Of a stretch of DNA of 64,000 nt, positions 27,901 to 41,300 are shown piece after piece. Source of the stretch: Callorhinchus milii (lineage: Eukaryota); the NCBI RefSeq assembly GCF_018977255.1, contig NW_024704767.1:7130001-7194000 (forward strand), read 5' to 3'. The position numbers and the translations under genes were made by a program. The notes below the pieces were generated by a model. That model had not been told where the DNA came from, ran no database searches, and saw only the letters and a list, made by a program, of their open reading frames with translations. Positions within the stretch are counted from its first letter, which is position 1. Every line of letters starts with the position of its first letter.

Positions 27901-28372
27901 TCACAGATGTCTTTGATCTGGGCTTAAACCTGCCAACATTTTCTCCTTGACCCATGATCATTAGATGTTGAGAAATTACATCGATAGGTACTGTAATAGT
28001 CTGTGCCACGAGAGATGCTAAACTTCCAGCTGCAAGGGACTTGATGGCATTATTGTTGGTGTACCTGGATACATAATTGCGCACAAGTTCATAGGTTGTA
28101 ATGTATCCTTGACCAGAGACAAGTGTGAACAAATTAACAAGAAACCCTCTGTAAAGTCCACGTATTCCCTCGGTTCGGAGGATTTTAAAGAATGCATCAA
28201 AAGTGCCGCGGTAAAGACTATTCCCTTTCTGCACCTGCAGTCTTGTTCTAATAAGTGTAGCTGGGTACACTGTGGCTCTGACTGTCAGAGACATTAAAAC
28301 ACCAAAGGAGTAAAACTTCCGCTTGTCCAGGTCTTCCCATTCTATTATCTGAATCTTTCGTTTCTCTTGCAT
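24981..28372 (-). CDS. SLC25A44: Solute carrier family 25 member 44-like mitochondrial carrier (3 coding exons, 310 aa)
   Basis: Exons 28372-27760 (613 nt, MQEKRKIQIIEWEDLDKRKFYSFG...WWPFYHFYA), 26362-26235 (128 nt, EQLSNLAPSNCPHLILQAVAGPLAAATAATVTNPMDVVRARVQ) and 25172-24981 (192 nt, VEGKTSLIETF...LKPELIEYRHW*). GT-AG junctions are phase-consistent; carrier motifs PIDVIS and PMDVVR are present. An acceptor at 28408-28409 upstream of the ATG implies a non-coding first exon. Confidence 0.93.
26588..26904 (-). mobile_element. tRNA-headed SINE (Deu-type core, L2-like 3' tail), near full length
   Basis: Minus strand begins GGAGTCCTGTAGCTCAGTGGTTAGAGCACTCGCTTTGCAAGTGAGAGACCTGAGTTCAATTCC (pol III A and B boxes), followed by core TGTGGGACATTGCTGTGCGCAATTGGCTGCCGCG and tail ATCAAATGCAAGGATTATTATTA. 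The same family recurs many times in the window. Confidence 0.9.
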
Positions 28373-29139
28373 ATTTGGCCACTGTTCCTTCTGAAGTCCA
28401 CAGCAATCTGCAAAAGGGCACAAAGAGAATTCAGCTTCAAAAAATACCTTTGCTCATTTACTTTTTTATTCCCTTTAAGATTTCTGCAGTACCTGTTTTC
28501 AACTTTCAGTATAGTGTGTTAGTCTTTTAAGTACTGAGCATGAAATAGCTTAGTAACATCTGATGACAGAAACTTGCTCTTCCCTTCCCTTCCAATTCTC
28601 CCCCTTATTGTCTAAGGAAAGCAATTAATGCTGACTCACATTTATCAAGTTGATCTCCTTATAGGAAAATATTAGAACTGCAAAAGTATCCTACAAGTCA
28701 GAAGTGCATTTTTAAAATGTTATTTAAAACAGAAAAACCTGAATGCTTTATGTTGAATTTATTCCCTCCATTACTTTTCCTTTAGTGCAGAGACTTTTGA
28801 GGCAATAGTAAAATATCCAGAGGTCTAAGGAATCAATTCCTGGAAACATTGAGGACTGTCCTTTTGTATCACCCACATAAGAGAACAAGTTGTTCTAGCT
28901 TATCTTCACCTTATTGTTATTAGGATAACATGAAATAGAAACAGAAATGTCATGTCCCTGGTACACAATTTTGTGATCCATAACAAGATCAAGGATACTC
29001 GATCCACTGCTTTGCAACGGGTAAATTCAGTTTAATAATAGTGAAAACTGGAGGAGCGGAGGTGTTCGCAAGAACCAAACAGAATGGTTTGTTTCAGTTT
29101 TCCTGGCATTTGGTTAAAGGAAGTTAAGGCTCATTGAGA

Positions 29140-29380
29140 TTTGGACATTTCCTACTCCACATTACGCCTGATAATAATCTGTCCAAAAAACAGAACAATA
29201 ATAAATTGGTCAATTTCAATCCACGACTGTTGGTGGGACACTGCTGTGCACAATTGGCTGTTACGTTTCGCCCACAAATATACGGTCAATTCACTTTACA
29301 ACATATTCTGTGAAGCGTTTTGAGACGTCTAGAAGACGTGAAAAGCGCTATATCAAATGCAAGGATTATTATTATTATTA
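29140..29380 (+). mobile_element. SINE fragment (same family), SLC25A44 intron 1
   Basis: Same core and ATCAAATGCAAGGATTATTATTATTATTA tail. Confidence 0.85.
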
Positions 29381-30584
29381 TTGGACTTATAAAAGGCACT
29401 GCATTTCCAGCAAGAACTTCACACTCATTTATGTCAACATCCACAAAGTATAGCACCCTTAACGAATAGTTAAAAAAAAAATTCATTGGATACAGCACCT
29501 ATAATGTGAAGAATGGCTCAAAGGGTTTCACCATATTTCGGTAAAGGTGTGCTGACTGCATCTGTAGGCAAAAGCACCAGCCTATTTGCACAGAAACATA
29601 TATTGCCATGGAGTAATGACCAATTTTATCTAGAAAATAGTTGATCAGTACACCGAGAGAAACTCTGTCCTCTTTCCAAATAGTGTTATGTAATCTTTAA
29701 TGTCCAGTTGAACCGGCAGACAGGACTTTGGTTTAATGTCTCATCTGAAGGACGGTGCCACTGTATGCAGCCCTTCTCCAAGTCCCAAAATGAGGCTTGA
29801 ACTCACAATTCTGACCAAGAAATGAAAGTACTACCGACATAATGTATAAATGAATTCATAAATGGAATAACACAAAATCCTATCCCTTTATTGGGAGTCT
29901 CCAAGTTTTAAAAACAATTAACAAAGCAGGGAATGAATTTCCTTTATTTTCTTAAACAGAAGTGGACAAATTTAAATAGGTAACATTTTCTCCAAATGAC
30001 ATGCCAACTTTGTTGATTGTGTAGCTAGGGGGTGAAGCATAAGCATAAACAGGTTAGTTTAATGGGATAGACACTCACAAAAAACTGCAAGTTTCTTGCT
30101 GAAAAAACTGCACCAAAAACTGCAACATCAACTCCAACTCGCTCCCTCTCTTACCTCATATAACATCCACCTCAAGACCTCCCATTTTGATTGCACTTTT
30201 GGTCATCTTCCCCTTCCCACCCCCTCGGTTCTTATCCCCAGCTTGGGTGCTGTGCTATGTCAGTATTGTTAAGTGCCTTGAAATGTCCTTACAACATGAA
30301 AGTCACTATATAAATGTAAAATTGTATTCGTATTTCTATTTAGAACATTTCTTCAGGTTACTACTATTCATATATTTCAGATAATTTTCTTGAATTCAAA
30401 TTTGAAAATAAACATTAATGACTGATACTTCCACAGAACAGGACAAAAACAATAGTTTCTGGTGCCTTGTCTATTTGGGGGCAATTTCCCAGAGAAAATT
30501 GCGTAAAACAGACATTGCTACAAATAAAAGATCAATGTAAAATGTCTCCAATGTCACTGTCATCACCACCACCACCAAAAGGCA

Positions 30585-30820
30585 TAAGTAGGAACCTGGT
30601 TATTAGTCAATTGGCAGATCGTTTTTCCAGGGTTAATAAATTCCTTTTAAAAAAAATTGGTCACTCAATCCACAACTGTTTGTGGGACACTGCTGTGCGC
30701 AATTGGCTGCCACGTTTCGCCCACAAAATATAGTCAATTCACTTTACAGTATATTCGGTTAAGCTCTTTGAGACATCTCCAAGTCACGATAAGGCACTAC
30801 ATCAAATGCAAGAATTATTG
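30585..30820 (+). mobile_element. SINE fragment (same family)
   Basis: Same core GTGGGACACTGCTGTGCGCAATTGGCTGCC and tail. Confidence 0.85.
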
Positions 30821-31089
30821 TAATGCATAATATATAATGCAGCAGCAGCGCTCTCATTCGGCCAATGGAATCCAGATAACTTTTCGAACATGAACCTTGC
30901 ATACATCAATGACCTCCTTCTCTTCAAAAAATCGCACGGCAACTCGCCTGCTGCAAGATCTCAATGAACACTGATTGATCAGGGATTTTTGTACGGTTTG
31001 GACTCAAAGAGCCCTGTGGTGTGCGCTGCAGTAACCCAGCGGGCGATCAGCGAGCGCCACAAATGTCAAGAGGGTCCTTGATGGTTTGA

Positions 31090-31465
31090 GCGCCTCCTCC
31101 AACCTCCTCCTGCCCACCCCACCCCTTCCTCCTACCACCCCAAACCGTTCCGCCTGCCCCCCCCCACCCTTCCTCCTATCCCCACCCACCCCTTTCTCCC
31201 CCCCCTTCCTCCTATCCCACCCCCCCCTTCCTCCTATCCCCCCCCTTCCTCCTACCCCCCCCTTCCTCCTACCACCCCAAACCGTTCCTCCTGCCCCCCC
31301 CACCCCTTCCTCCTGCCCCCCCAAACCTTCGCCTGCCCGCCCCACCCCTTCCGCCTGCCCCCCCCACCTCGTCCTTCTGCCCCGCCCACCCCTTCCGCCT
31401 GCCCCCCCCCCTCTCTCCGCCCCCCCTCTCTCCGCCCCCCCCCTCTCTCCGCCCCCTTTCCCCAC
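31090..31465. repeat. C-rich low-complexity tract (G-rich on SLC25A44 sense strand)
   Basis: Reiterated CCCCCCCTTCCTCCT / CGCCTGCCCCCCC units. Confidence 0.9.
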
Positions 31466-31469
31466 AAAT

Positions 31470-32300
31470 CGATCAAAACCAACAACCGTCAAAATCGCCG
31501 CCGGATCCGCCACGCGAGCGAGTCCCCCTTCCCGCTGCATCGGCGCCCCCGCGGGTCAAAGGTTAAACTTACTCTATACCTTTAAAAGGAGACAATTTGC
31601 CTCAAACCCCCTCCCCTCCTGCTCCATATACAGTTTGAAAAACAACAACAACACGATTATTCAACGAAGAGTCCCGCTCGCAGCCACTTTAAACGGGCGG
31701 GGGGGGGGCCTTCGGTCAGGAGGTGGAATCAGCTTCTCCCGCCGAAGACGGCGGCGGCGGCGGCGACCGTGAGCAACATGCGCAGCGATTGGCCAGCGCC
31801 GGCGTCCAATGAGATGGCGCGTTGCGGCGAGGGCGGGCCGGTGGGGTGGAGGTGGGCGTGGCCTGGGGAGCGTCCGTGCTTCCCTGAGACGCAGCGATGG
31901 CGGAGGGGCCCACAGGTAAGCGAGAACGGGCTCGAGTCTTTACCCCGACTCGACCCGAGTGAAGTCAGGGCCTTGGGTGAGCGTGAACACCAACACCCGG
32001 CGGCGCGGTTGGGTTGGGTTGGGTTACGGGGTGAGTGAGGGGGAGGGGGTAAATCGTGTTTATCCCGGTGTCCGGGACTCGAGTCGCTGACTCACTGTGG
32101 AGCCGAGGCGGCGGTTGGTGGTGGTGGTGGTGCTGCTGCTGTTGTTGTTGTTGTGAGGCCGGGCTTTAAACAGCACAGGCACCAGGTGAGGGGGGAGGGG
32201 GGCGGTGAAGGACAGTGACACTGAGTGTACTGTGGCCCCGGACCGTGCAGCCTCCCCTCCCCTCCTCTCCCCTCCTCTCTCCTCACCGTCCACTGCGATC
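31470..32300. promoter_or_regulatory. CpG-island bidirectional promoter of SLC25A44 (-) and IREB2 (+)
   Basis: Sharp rise in CpG/GC content. Opposed CCAAT boxes (ATTGG 31788-31792, CCAAT 31806-31810), YY1-like GAGATGGCG 31811-31819 and GC boxes around 31831-31860. Minus-strand GTAAGT donor at 31572-31567 is the candidate end of the SLC25A44 non-coding exon 1. Confidence 0.8.
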
Positions 32301-35300
32301 GTTGTTTACTTTCAAACCGACGATCCTTTCGCTTAACTTTTTTTTAAAATCAAAATGTAAAAAAAAAACCAGAGGGTCTTTTTGCCTCGCGCTTAATTAC
32401 ACCTTAAACGGTACAGATATAAAATGCAAAATAGAAACATAAAAAGCCGCCTCGGGATGCAAGTCTTGATTTACACATTTGGGATTGAAAGGTAAAAGCC
32501 TCGACTTTTTTTTTAAACCAAACCAAACCAAACAAACGAAACCAACCAACAAACCAACACACGAGGATAACGAAAATAAAATTGCGTCTTATGCAATCGT
32601 GTGGGGCGTTTTTTTTGTTTTTGTGTGTTTTTTTTAACCTGTCTGATAGCGGCTGTCATGTGAATGCTGATAACCCAGAGGGTTCTGCACTGTTTTACCG
32701 TATGATTCATATTTATTTATTTTTTTTGCATCTGAGTTTCGAGCCAACATTTTTTCCAGTGTCGCCGAGCGACTCTGCAGTTATACATTAACCGCATCTC
32801 CCGACGAGTGTGACTGGCACTTGATCAGATGTTTTCACAAAATGTTTATACCCACTTGTGCACTCATCTGGAAAGGTGTAAAACAATGTGAAACTTCAAA
32901 TATCATGATGGGTGGTGGGACGTCCTCCCGACGTGAAAGGCGCTAAGGCAAATGCACTCTTGTTGCTGTTGTTGGTCCGATTTATTTCTCCCAAGTTACC
33001 CTTTCTCACAGGTTACCCACTTCAGGAACATTTATTGTACAAAAATGATTCCTGTTTCCTGTTGCAAAATGATGTAGTTGACAGTTCATCAACTATTTCT
33101 GAAACCTTGCATTCAGTATTTTTATATTTTTGCCCTCAAAATACACAATCAATCCACTTTACAGTATATCCTGTGAAGTGCTTTGAGACGTGTTGAAGAC
33201 GTGATAAGGTGCTATATCAAATGCAAGAATTATTATTGCCAACAGCTCAAAATGCTCTGCAAGTAATTGCTGTAAAGTTGGATGAATGCACTCTTGTGCA
33301 GTGTTGAGGGATTGCTACAGTGTTGAGGGAGTGGTGACATTCAGAAAATGTTTATTATAATACTTCCATTTGATATAACACTGATAATGTCTCAAAGTGC
33401 TTTGCTTTCATTAATGCTAGTCACTGTATTTATAGCCAATTTACACGAAGCAATGTCCTATGGACAATTGGATAAGCAATTTATCTGGAGGATTGTTGGT
33501 TACCTGGGATAACTAGGACCTGGGATAATCTCTCTCTGTTGTGCTGTTGGTTTTTAAATGTCAGGGGTGAGCAGGTCCTCAATTGTGCCAAGTTGACGCT
33601 TTGGTAGAGTGGATAAGTAAGACTTGTAGCTCATGTTATTTGAGTCAAGCAGCTGGGCAATAGTCATCAGGACAATAGTTATTCACTGCTATTCTGGGAT
33701 TGAGATAAATGTATGTTGTGGTGAATTGGCAAAGCTTGACTTTGCACCTAACAAGTGCTATAAGTAGCTCTGACATGCTTAATGCTTGATGCTGAATGCA
33801 TTTTCCAGAATTGAAAATCTCTAGCATAGACTCATTTGACTTGCTGAAGTTTACTTCTAACATGAAATGTGTCCTTGTACATTGTAGATTGTTCCAAGAA
33901 AAAATAGTTAGCCTGGAAAAGAAAAGGATTTCTGTATCATGTAGCAAAAAATTTTGCCCACAAAATTATTTTGCCCACAAAATATAATCAATTCACTTTA
34001 CGGTATATTCTGAAGCGTTTGAGGCATCTCAACGCCATGATAAGGCACTATATCAAATGCAAGGATTATTATTAAATGTCTTGGAACATTACGTTCATTT
34101 GTACCATTTATGTAAATTCCAAGGTCTATATGGCCATAGGTAACACCAGTTCTATTGGACACGTAGAGATCTCAGAAATGGGGCAAAATACTGAGACAGT
34201 TGATTTTACTTAAAGCTGAAGTCCACACAACTTTTCTAGCAGCGTTTGCTAGATGGGGATCAGATGCAGGAATCCCAGCTAATATTTTCCCTCCTCTACT
34301 TTATTCCATTCATCTGTCTTCAGCATACCCCAGCAAGCCCATGGGCTTTGAAGGGTCTAAACGTTGTTGGTCAAACTGATTTCTTATTTTGAAAATAAGC
34401 ACCTTGTCTTGTCAAGTAGATATTTCTAACAAACATTTTTTCTGCTATTCCCTCTAACCCTCTCATTTGCTTGAATGCATTTGTTAGAGCATGTGTCCTG
34501 GTGATCCTCTTGCATCTCACGCAAATAAAGATTCTTTAGCTGAATCGAGATGGTGTGTGTCAGGCTGGTTAACTGTAGAGAGCATCACAATTTTGTGTTA
34601 CTGATACTATATCTGTCCAGTGCAGTTCTGTTGTGTGAAATTCTGGCTCCATTGATAAAGGGTGTGGTCTGTAAAACTTCAAATTGGTGTCAAATTTTCT
34701 AGAGCTATTTATCAGAAGCATTGCCGCGTATTCAAGCTAATTAGCTGATAAGTGACGAGGAGTATATTTGACACCTCCCTTGCATTTTATTGCCTGCAAT
34801 TTGGCTTTTATCGTCTATGCTTAATAATAATCATACACATTTTCTAAGTGTGAAGAAATAAAACTAGACTAAGTACGAAAACAGGTTAGAACAGGTAAAT
34901 TTCCACATGTATGCGGATGACACCCAACTCTATCTCTCTGCCTCCACCCTCAACTCCAGGACTACTGGTGTCCTGACCGACTGCCTGTCTGACATCAAGT
35001 CCTGGAGGAGGGACAGCTTTCTCCAACTGAACATCAGCAAGACCGAGGCCCTCCTGAATGGCTCTCACCAGTGCCTCCGCATCTCGGGCGCTGGCACCAT
35101 CAGCCTGCACGGCTGCACACTCAGTCTCACTAAGCCAGTCAGGAACCTGGGTGTCTTGTTTGACCCTAAAGTGTCCTTTCTTCCTCCCCCACCACCATCC
35201 GCGCCATGACTGGCATTGCCTACCACCATCTCTCAATATTGCCAGACAACGCCACTGCTCAGGCTGCTGAAACCCTCACCCACACATTCATCACATCAAG

Positions 35301-38300
35301 GCTCGATTAGGGAAACTCTCTCCTCTTCGGCCTTCCCAACACTTCCCTTCACACGCTGCAGATCATCCAAAACCCTGCAGCTGGTGTACTCTCGTGCACC
35401 AGGCTCCATGACCCCACCACTCCCACCCTCGCCCAACTCCACTGACTCCCCATCCCACAGAGGATCAAATTCAAGATCCTCATCCTCACTCTCAAGGCCA
35501 TCCATGACCTTGCCCCCTCCTACCCCTCTGACCTGCTGACTCCCTACCAACCTGCCCGCTCCCTCCATTCAGCGGGCTCCGGCCTGCTCCATGTCTTCTG
35601 TCTTACCATCGGTGGCCGGGCTTTCAGCCTCTCTGCCCCCACACTCTGGAACTCCATCCTACAGTCCCTTCGCCTCGCTTCCTCCCTTGCATCCTTCAAG
35701 GTCGGTCTCAAGACCCTTCTCTTCGATCGTGGCTTCAGTCGCCCTTCCACCTCTCTGACTTCCCTCACCCCTCCCCCACCCCTCCCCCATGCTCGGGTCC
35801 TGATCCCTGACTGTCCAGCGCCTTGGGATGTCCTCCCGACGTAAAAGATGCTCTATAAATGTAATTTTGTTGTTGTTGTAGAAAGAAAGAGAGGTCCAAT
35901 AAACATGTTATTTGTGGTTACTACACCAATATGACATTTTCCCTCCTGTTCTGGATTTAGCTAAGTATTTATATCGGTTTGCTTGGTTTTGTGTGGTCCT
36001 TATCACGTCACCAAATACTGAAGTTCAATGCTTACTGTGCAGTTCTAGAATGTTGATGTTACATCACTTTTAAACTTTAGCTAAGCATTCGTCAGCGCTC
36101 GACCAATGATGCATAAATAGTTTAAATAAATCCATCTGCTTAAAGTTAAATAGTTTATGCTGTCTAATTGTAGTTCCTTGTCATGTACTTAATTTTTTTG
36201 TTAATTCTAGAACACCCCTTCTCGCATCTAATTGAGCCATTGACTGAAGATCGTCCAGACAAAAAATATTTTAATATTCTTAAACTTGAAGACCACAGAT
36301 ATGGTAAGATGCTTAAGATGGCATGTTTTTGAACATTGTTTTAATTTGGGATGAGAAATAGAACGGAATGAGAGAGACAGATGTATGCACTGTGTCCTGC
36401 AAATGATTTTACAACACTAATTTGGATCTTAATCAGAATGATGTGACAGTTTTTATTCATTTACGGAGGTCGTCTTGTTTTCTTTTCCCTATAGACATAA
36501 TCTCTCGTGTCTCATCTCTTGTGCTAGATGCCACAAAAATAATTCAAACAATGTTATTGATTCCAAGTGATATTAGATGAAAGTCAAATATTTATGTTGC
36601 AGTTTTTATCTAGTAATGCTAAATTTCAGTTTTCCTTGAAGTACCTGTGTTATTTTAGTTTGGAAACTAATTTCACCTTCGACAATGTAACAGCTATGTC
36701 GCTTTTATTACCCAAACTTCCTAGATTGGGTCGATTTTGGTGAGTCTTATATTTATAGTAAATGTACAGTTGCATATTTCTATGAAAATAGTTTCAAGTT
36801 GTATTCAAATTCACAAATACGAATTTTGAACCAATTTTATGCCATTAATTATGAGAGTATGAAAACTATGCTTTGTTGTGCCTTTGTTTACAATCAACTT
36901 TGCTTTAGAAAGTTATCTGACAGTTAATCCCTACACATAGAGCGACATAACATTTAGAAGAAGAAATAAGATCAGGAAAATTGACATACAACGAATGAAT
37001 ATCTGGCATCTTTTCTCCCATTACCATTATTTAGCTAATCAGATAGTTGGGTAAAGATTAATACAGATTTTTGTTTGCAGGACATATGACTTTGGTGCAT
37101 ATTGTTATGGTTATGATATGCTCAAAACTACATTGTCGATGACAGCTATTGAGAGCAAAGGTTGTAACTGGTTGTGGTAAATAGGTATCTGCTGTCAAAA
37201 CTAGCTTAGTTGGTTTTCTTTGAAATATGAGACTTGTTGCTCATTCAACCGTGATGACAGAACTGCCATTAGGCTGGCCTAAAGGCTGAATGCAGCAAAA
37301 GTCACACAGCCCTTTAAAGCTAATCCCTAAAAGCTAAGGTGGAAGATTCTACAGAATTATGTTTTTCTTTATTAATAGGAATGAATAGACAAAGTGCTGT
37401 TTCATACAAATTGCAATGCACACTTCCTCCTAGTCGATTGGCAGATTGCTTTTCCGGGGGTATTAATTCCATTTTTTTAAAAATTTAAATAATAATTTAG
37501 TTATTATCCACGACTGTTTTTGGGACCCTGCTGTGTGCATTTGGCTGCCGCGTTTCACCCACAGTCAATTCACTTTACAGTATATTCTGTGAAGAGCTTT
37601 GAGACATCTCGAAGACATGATAAGGCGCTAAATCAAATGCAGAGATTATTATTATTGTTACACAACTCTTCATGTAATTGTGGCCCAACATTTTTATGAA
37701 CAGTAACTACATTGTTCTCAGTTAAGTGAAAGATAATTCAGCAAGAGTTTGGGTGCTGAACAAACTCATCTGTTACTTGAATTAAAAGTGAACATTAACT
37801 TATTGTACCTTTTCCCTCTTTCCTCTTCCCTCTCCCCCACCCTCAAAAAAAAGAGTTGTTACCTTACTCCATTCGTGTACTGTTTGAGGCTGCTGTGCGG
37901 AATTGTGATGGGTTCCACATAAAAAAAGAAGATGCTCTCAATATCCTTGATTGGAAAAACCAGCAGAACAATGCTGATGTACCTTTCTGGCCGGCACGGG
38001 TTCTCCTCCAAGATTTCACGTGAGACATAACTCTATTGATAGAAAATTGAGGTTTATGTTTACTTTATAGTTATGTTGATGTGAAGGTAAAGGGTATTTA
38101 TACTACTAATAATAATTATTATGTTTCTGGCTCTGGAATCATTATGGCTCTGGAACTCCATCCCCCAGTGCCTTCGCCTTGCTTCCTCCCTTTCCTCCTT
38201 CAAGGCCGGTCTCAAGATCTTTCTCTTCAACCGTGCCTTCAGCTCCCCTCTCAACTCTCTACCCCCCTCCTCACTCCCTCCCTTCCCTCCCCCTGACCAT

Positions 38301-41300
38301 TTTCCCCCTGCTCGGGTCTCGACCCAACTGTCCAGCGCCTTGGGACGTCCTCCCGATGTGAAAGGTGCTCTATAAATGAAATCTTGTTGTTGTTGTATAA
38401 TAATCCCTGTTTGTGGGACACTGCTATGCGCAATTGGCTGCTGCGTTTCACCCACAAATATACAGTCAATTCACTTTACAGTATTCTGTGAAGCGCTTTG
38501 AGACGTCTAGAAGACGTGAAAAGCGCTATATCAAATGCAAGGATTATTATTATTATTGTGTTCAGCTTCACATTAAGTGTAAAAATGTCAAATAATTTTT
38601 TATATTTCCTAGTGTTTCACGACAATGTCAAAATTGTGTGTATATCGGGAGCGAGGAATTGCTTCACTGAAAGATGAGAAAAGTTGCTTTTTCTCACCGT
38701 TGTTCATTTTATTTCAGTGGCATTCCAGCTGTGGTGGATTTTGCGGCCATGAGGGAAGCAGTGAAGAAGCTTGGGGGGGATCCTGCCAAAGTGAATCCTG
38801 TCTGTCCAACTGATCTGATTGTTGACCATTCACTGCAGATAGATTACAGTAAAAGGCAAGGAAATTATTCATTTGAAAGATCATGTTGATAGTTGCTTTA
38901 CATTTTCTGGACATTTATTGTGTGCAGTAGTCATTAATGTGATCGATTGTAATCTATTTACTTCTGCAAATATTTGAGGAAGAGGTTTCATTGCTAAAGT
39001 CTTCTCTGCTAAAGGGCACATAATATACCTATTAAATACTGCTGCTAATAAAATATATTCTTTATTCAGTTAAGTTGTAAACTCAGTCTGCTGCATTTTC
39101 AGAGAAGAAAAGAAAATGCCTGTCGATTTAAAATTAAGCTTTATCTACATTGTGGTTAAAATGTACAAATAATTCAAAATGTAGCCATTGTAGTTTGTAA
39201 AGTATGTAAAATTGATAGCCATTGTAAATTTCTCATTTGGTCAGTAGGTAATCATACAACTTTGGTTTTGACAGCGCAATACAAAATGCTCCCAACCCTG
39301 GCGGAGGTGATGCTTCTGGTGCAGGAACAAGGTCAAATGGTGGAAAGCTACATTCTAAAACGTCTCCGTGTAGAGGCTATGGTGCCTGTTCAAGTCCATG
39401 CCAGAGCGAAGCAGGTTCTGCGTCCAGCTTAAGAAAACAGTCTGCGCAGATCGAGAATACGCCATTGCTTTGTCCCTTCCACTTACAGCCTGTGGCAGAG
39501 TACGAAATTTTCTTCTTGGAGACATTCCCATGTTGAATGATCAGCTGTTTCCAAATTAGTCTAGATATGGTTACACTATCGAGGTTGAGAATGGTAGTTT
39601 AGAATCATTTCATTGTCATGAAAGATTTTATTTTTTGGAGGGGTGGAATGGGAGAAAGAAGTTGTAGGTGAATATAGGCAAAATAATTGGAAATGTATCT
39701 CACTGACTTCATATTTTTGGAACTATTAAAGTTTGTGCAGAATATTATTATTCTTAAAACCAGTGTATTCAAAAAATGCTTTAGAATTTAATATTTGAAA
39801 ACAGTTATTTTTCTTACTACAATCATTTTTGTCTACAGACCAGAAAACGTACTAAGGAGTCAAGAAATGGAATTCAACAGAAATAAGGAGAGGTTGCAGT
39901 TTTTCAAGGTATCTGTTGCTTTAAATATAGATTTTTTTTAAAAAAATGACATTTTAAATGAGCTCATTATGAAACTCTCAAGGTAACCTTGTTTCAAGTT
40001 TCACATTCACTGAATTCTTGTTGTTACATGTGTTTCTGGAATTAAGTAATTTGTATGTTACAAATTGCAGCCCCAGAATGCTTCTTTACACACTAATCCT
40101 GTGATCATACAACTACATTAAAGATTATAATTGTGATTAAATAAGGACAGTTTGTATTGTGTGGTTTCACATACGTTTTTCTTTTTCCCTTCTAACCCCA
40201 CTCTGTTCGATGAAGTGGAGTTCTAAAGTGTTTCAGAATGTGACTGTGGTGCCTCCAGGAAGTGGACTCGTGCATCAAGTCAATTTAGAATACCTGTCTC
40301 GCGTTGTGTTTGATCTGGGTGGAGTTTTCTTCCCTGACAGTGTGGTGGGCACAGATTCTCACACGACGATGGTGAACGGTCTTGGAATCCTAGGGTGGGG
40401 TAAGTCAGCAAGGTTGTTCACTAATCTTTCATTTTTAAGTTTTGTCACAATTTTATATTCAGTTTGTCATGAATTTGAAATCCAAATCCTTTGAAAATGA
40501 TGTTCTAAAATAGAAAAAAAATGTCACGGTACCTCCCAAAAGTGTCTGTGCTACTACTTCCTATTTTTTTTCCCCCCCAAATTTTTTAAATTAATCAAGC
40601 TCTCCCCTAATATCCTGGATATCAGCCTGGCACAGTGGTGGCCTTCTCGCCTCTGAGTCAGAAGGTTGTGGGTTCCACTCCCGGACTTGTAATCACACAG
40701 CCTAAGCTTACGGTAATGCAATACTGGGAGTGTGTTGCATTGTCGGATGTGCTGTGCCATCCAGATGAGACGTTAAACCAAATCCCCCAAATAAAACTGG
40801 ATCACTCACTCTAGCTGTTTGTGGGACATTGCTGTGCATGTGCTCACAAAATGCTGCAGTTTGCTCACAAAATACACAGTAAATCCACTTTACAGTGTAT
40901 CCTGTGAAGTGCTTTAAGATGTCTCGACAATGTGATAAGGCACAATATCAAATGCAAGGATTATTATTTGATATTTTTCTGCCCAGATGCTTATCTGGTT
41001 TGCTTTTTAATCTATTAAATCAGTAGCTACTTTTGGTTAAGCATTCTAAATCCTATCAATATATAAACATTCCTTCTAATCTCTCCCCCAATTTTCTGTA
41101 CAACAACCTTGAGACTGTGCCCTTTGTCACAGATTTCCCCAAGTAAAGAGACTAGTTTTACCATTTTATACTGTCAAGCCTTTTCAGAAGGTTAAACACC
41201 TCAATCATATCCCCTTCTAATCTTGTCTGCAGTGGGGGGGAAAAAGAGAGGTTGATGTTTTTCCAGCCTCATATGTGTTGCACTCTGAGATACTATACTG

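Noticed and set aside
31004-31772. 228-aa Pro-rich and 178-aa Gly-rich ORFs
   Set aside because: They result from the stop-poor C-rich low-complexity tract and CpG island; no recognisable domain.
34886-35768. Cluster of 70-116 aa ORFs including a YADD motif
   Set aside because: Frameshifted L2 LINE remnant, not an intact RT gene or a host gene.
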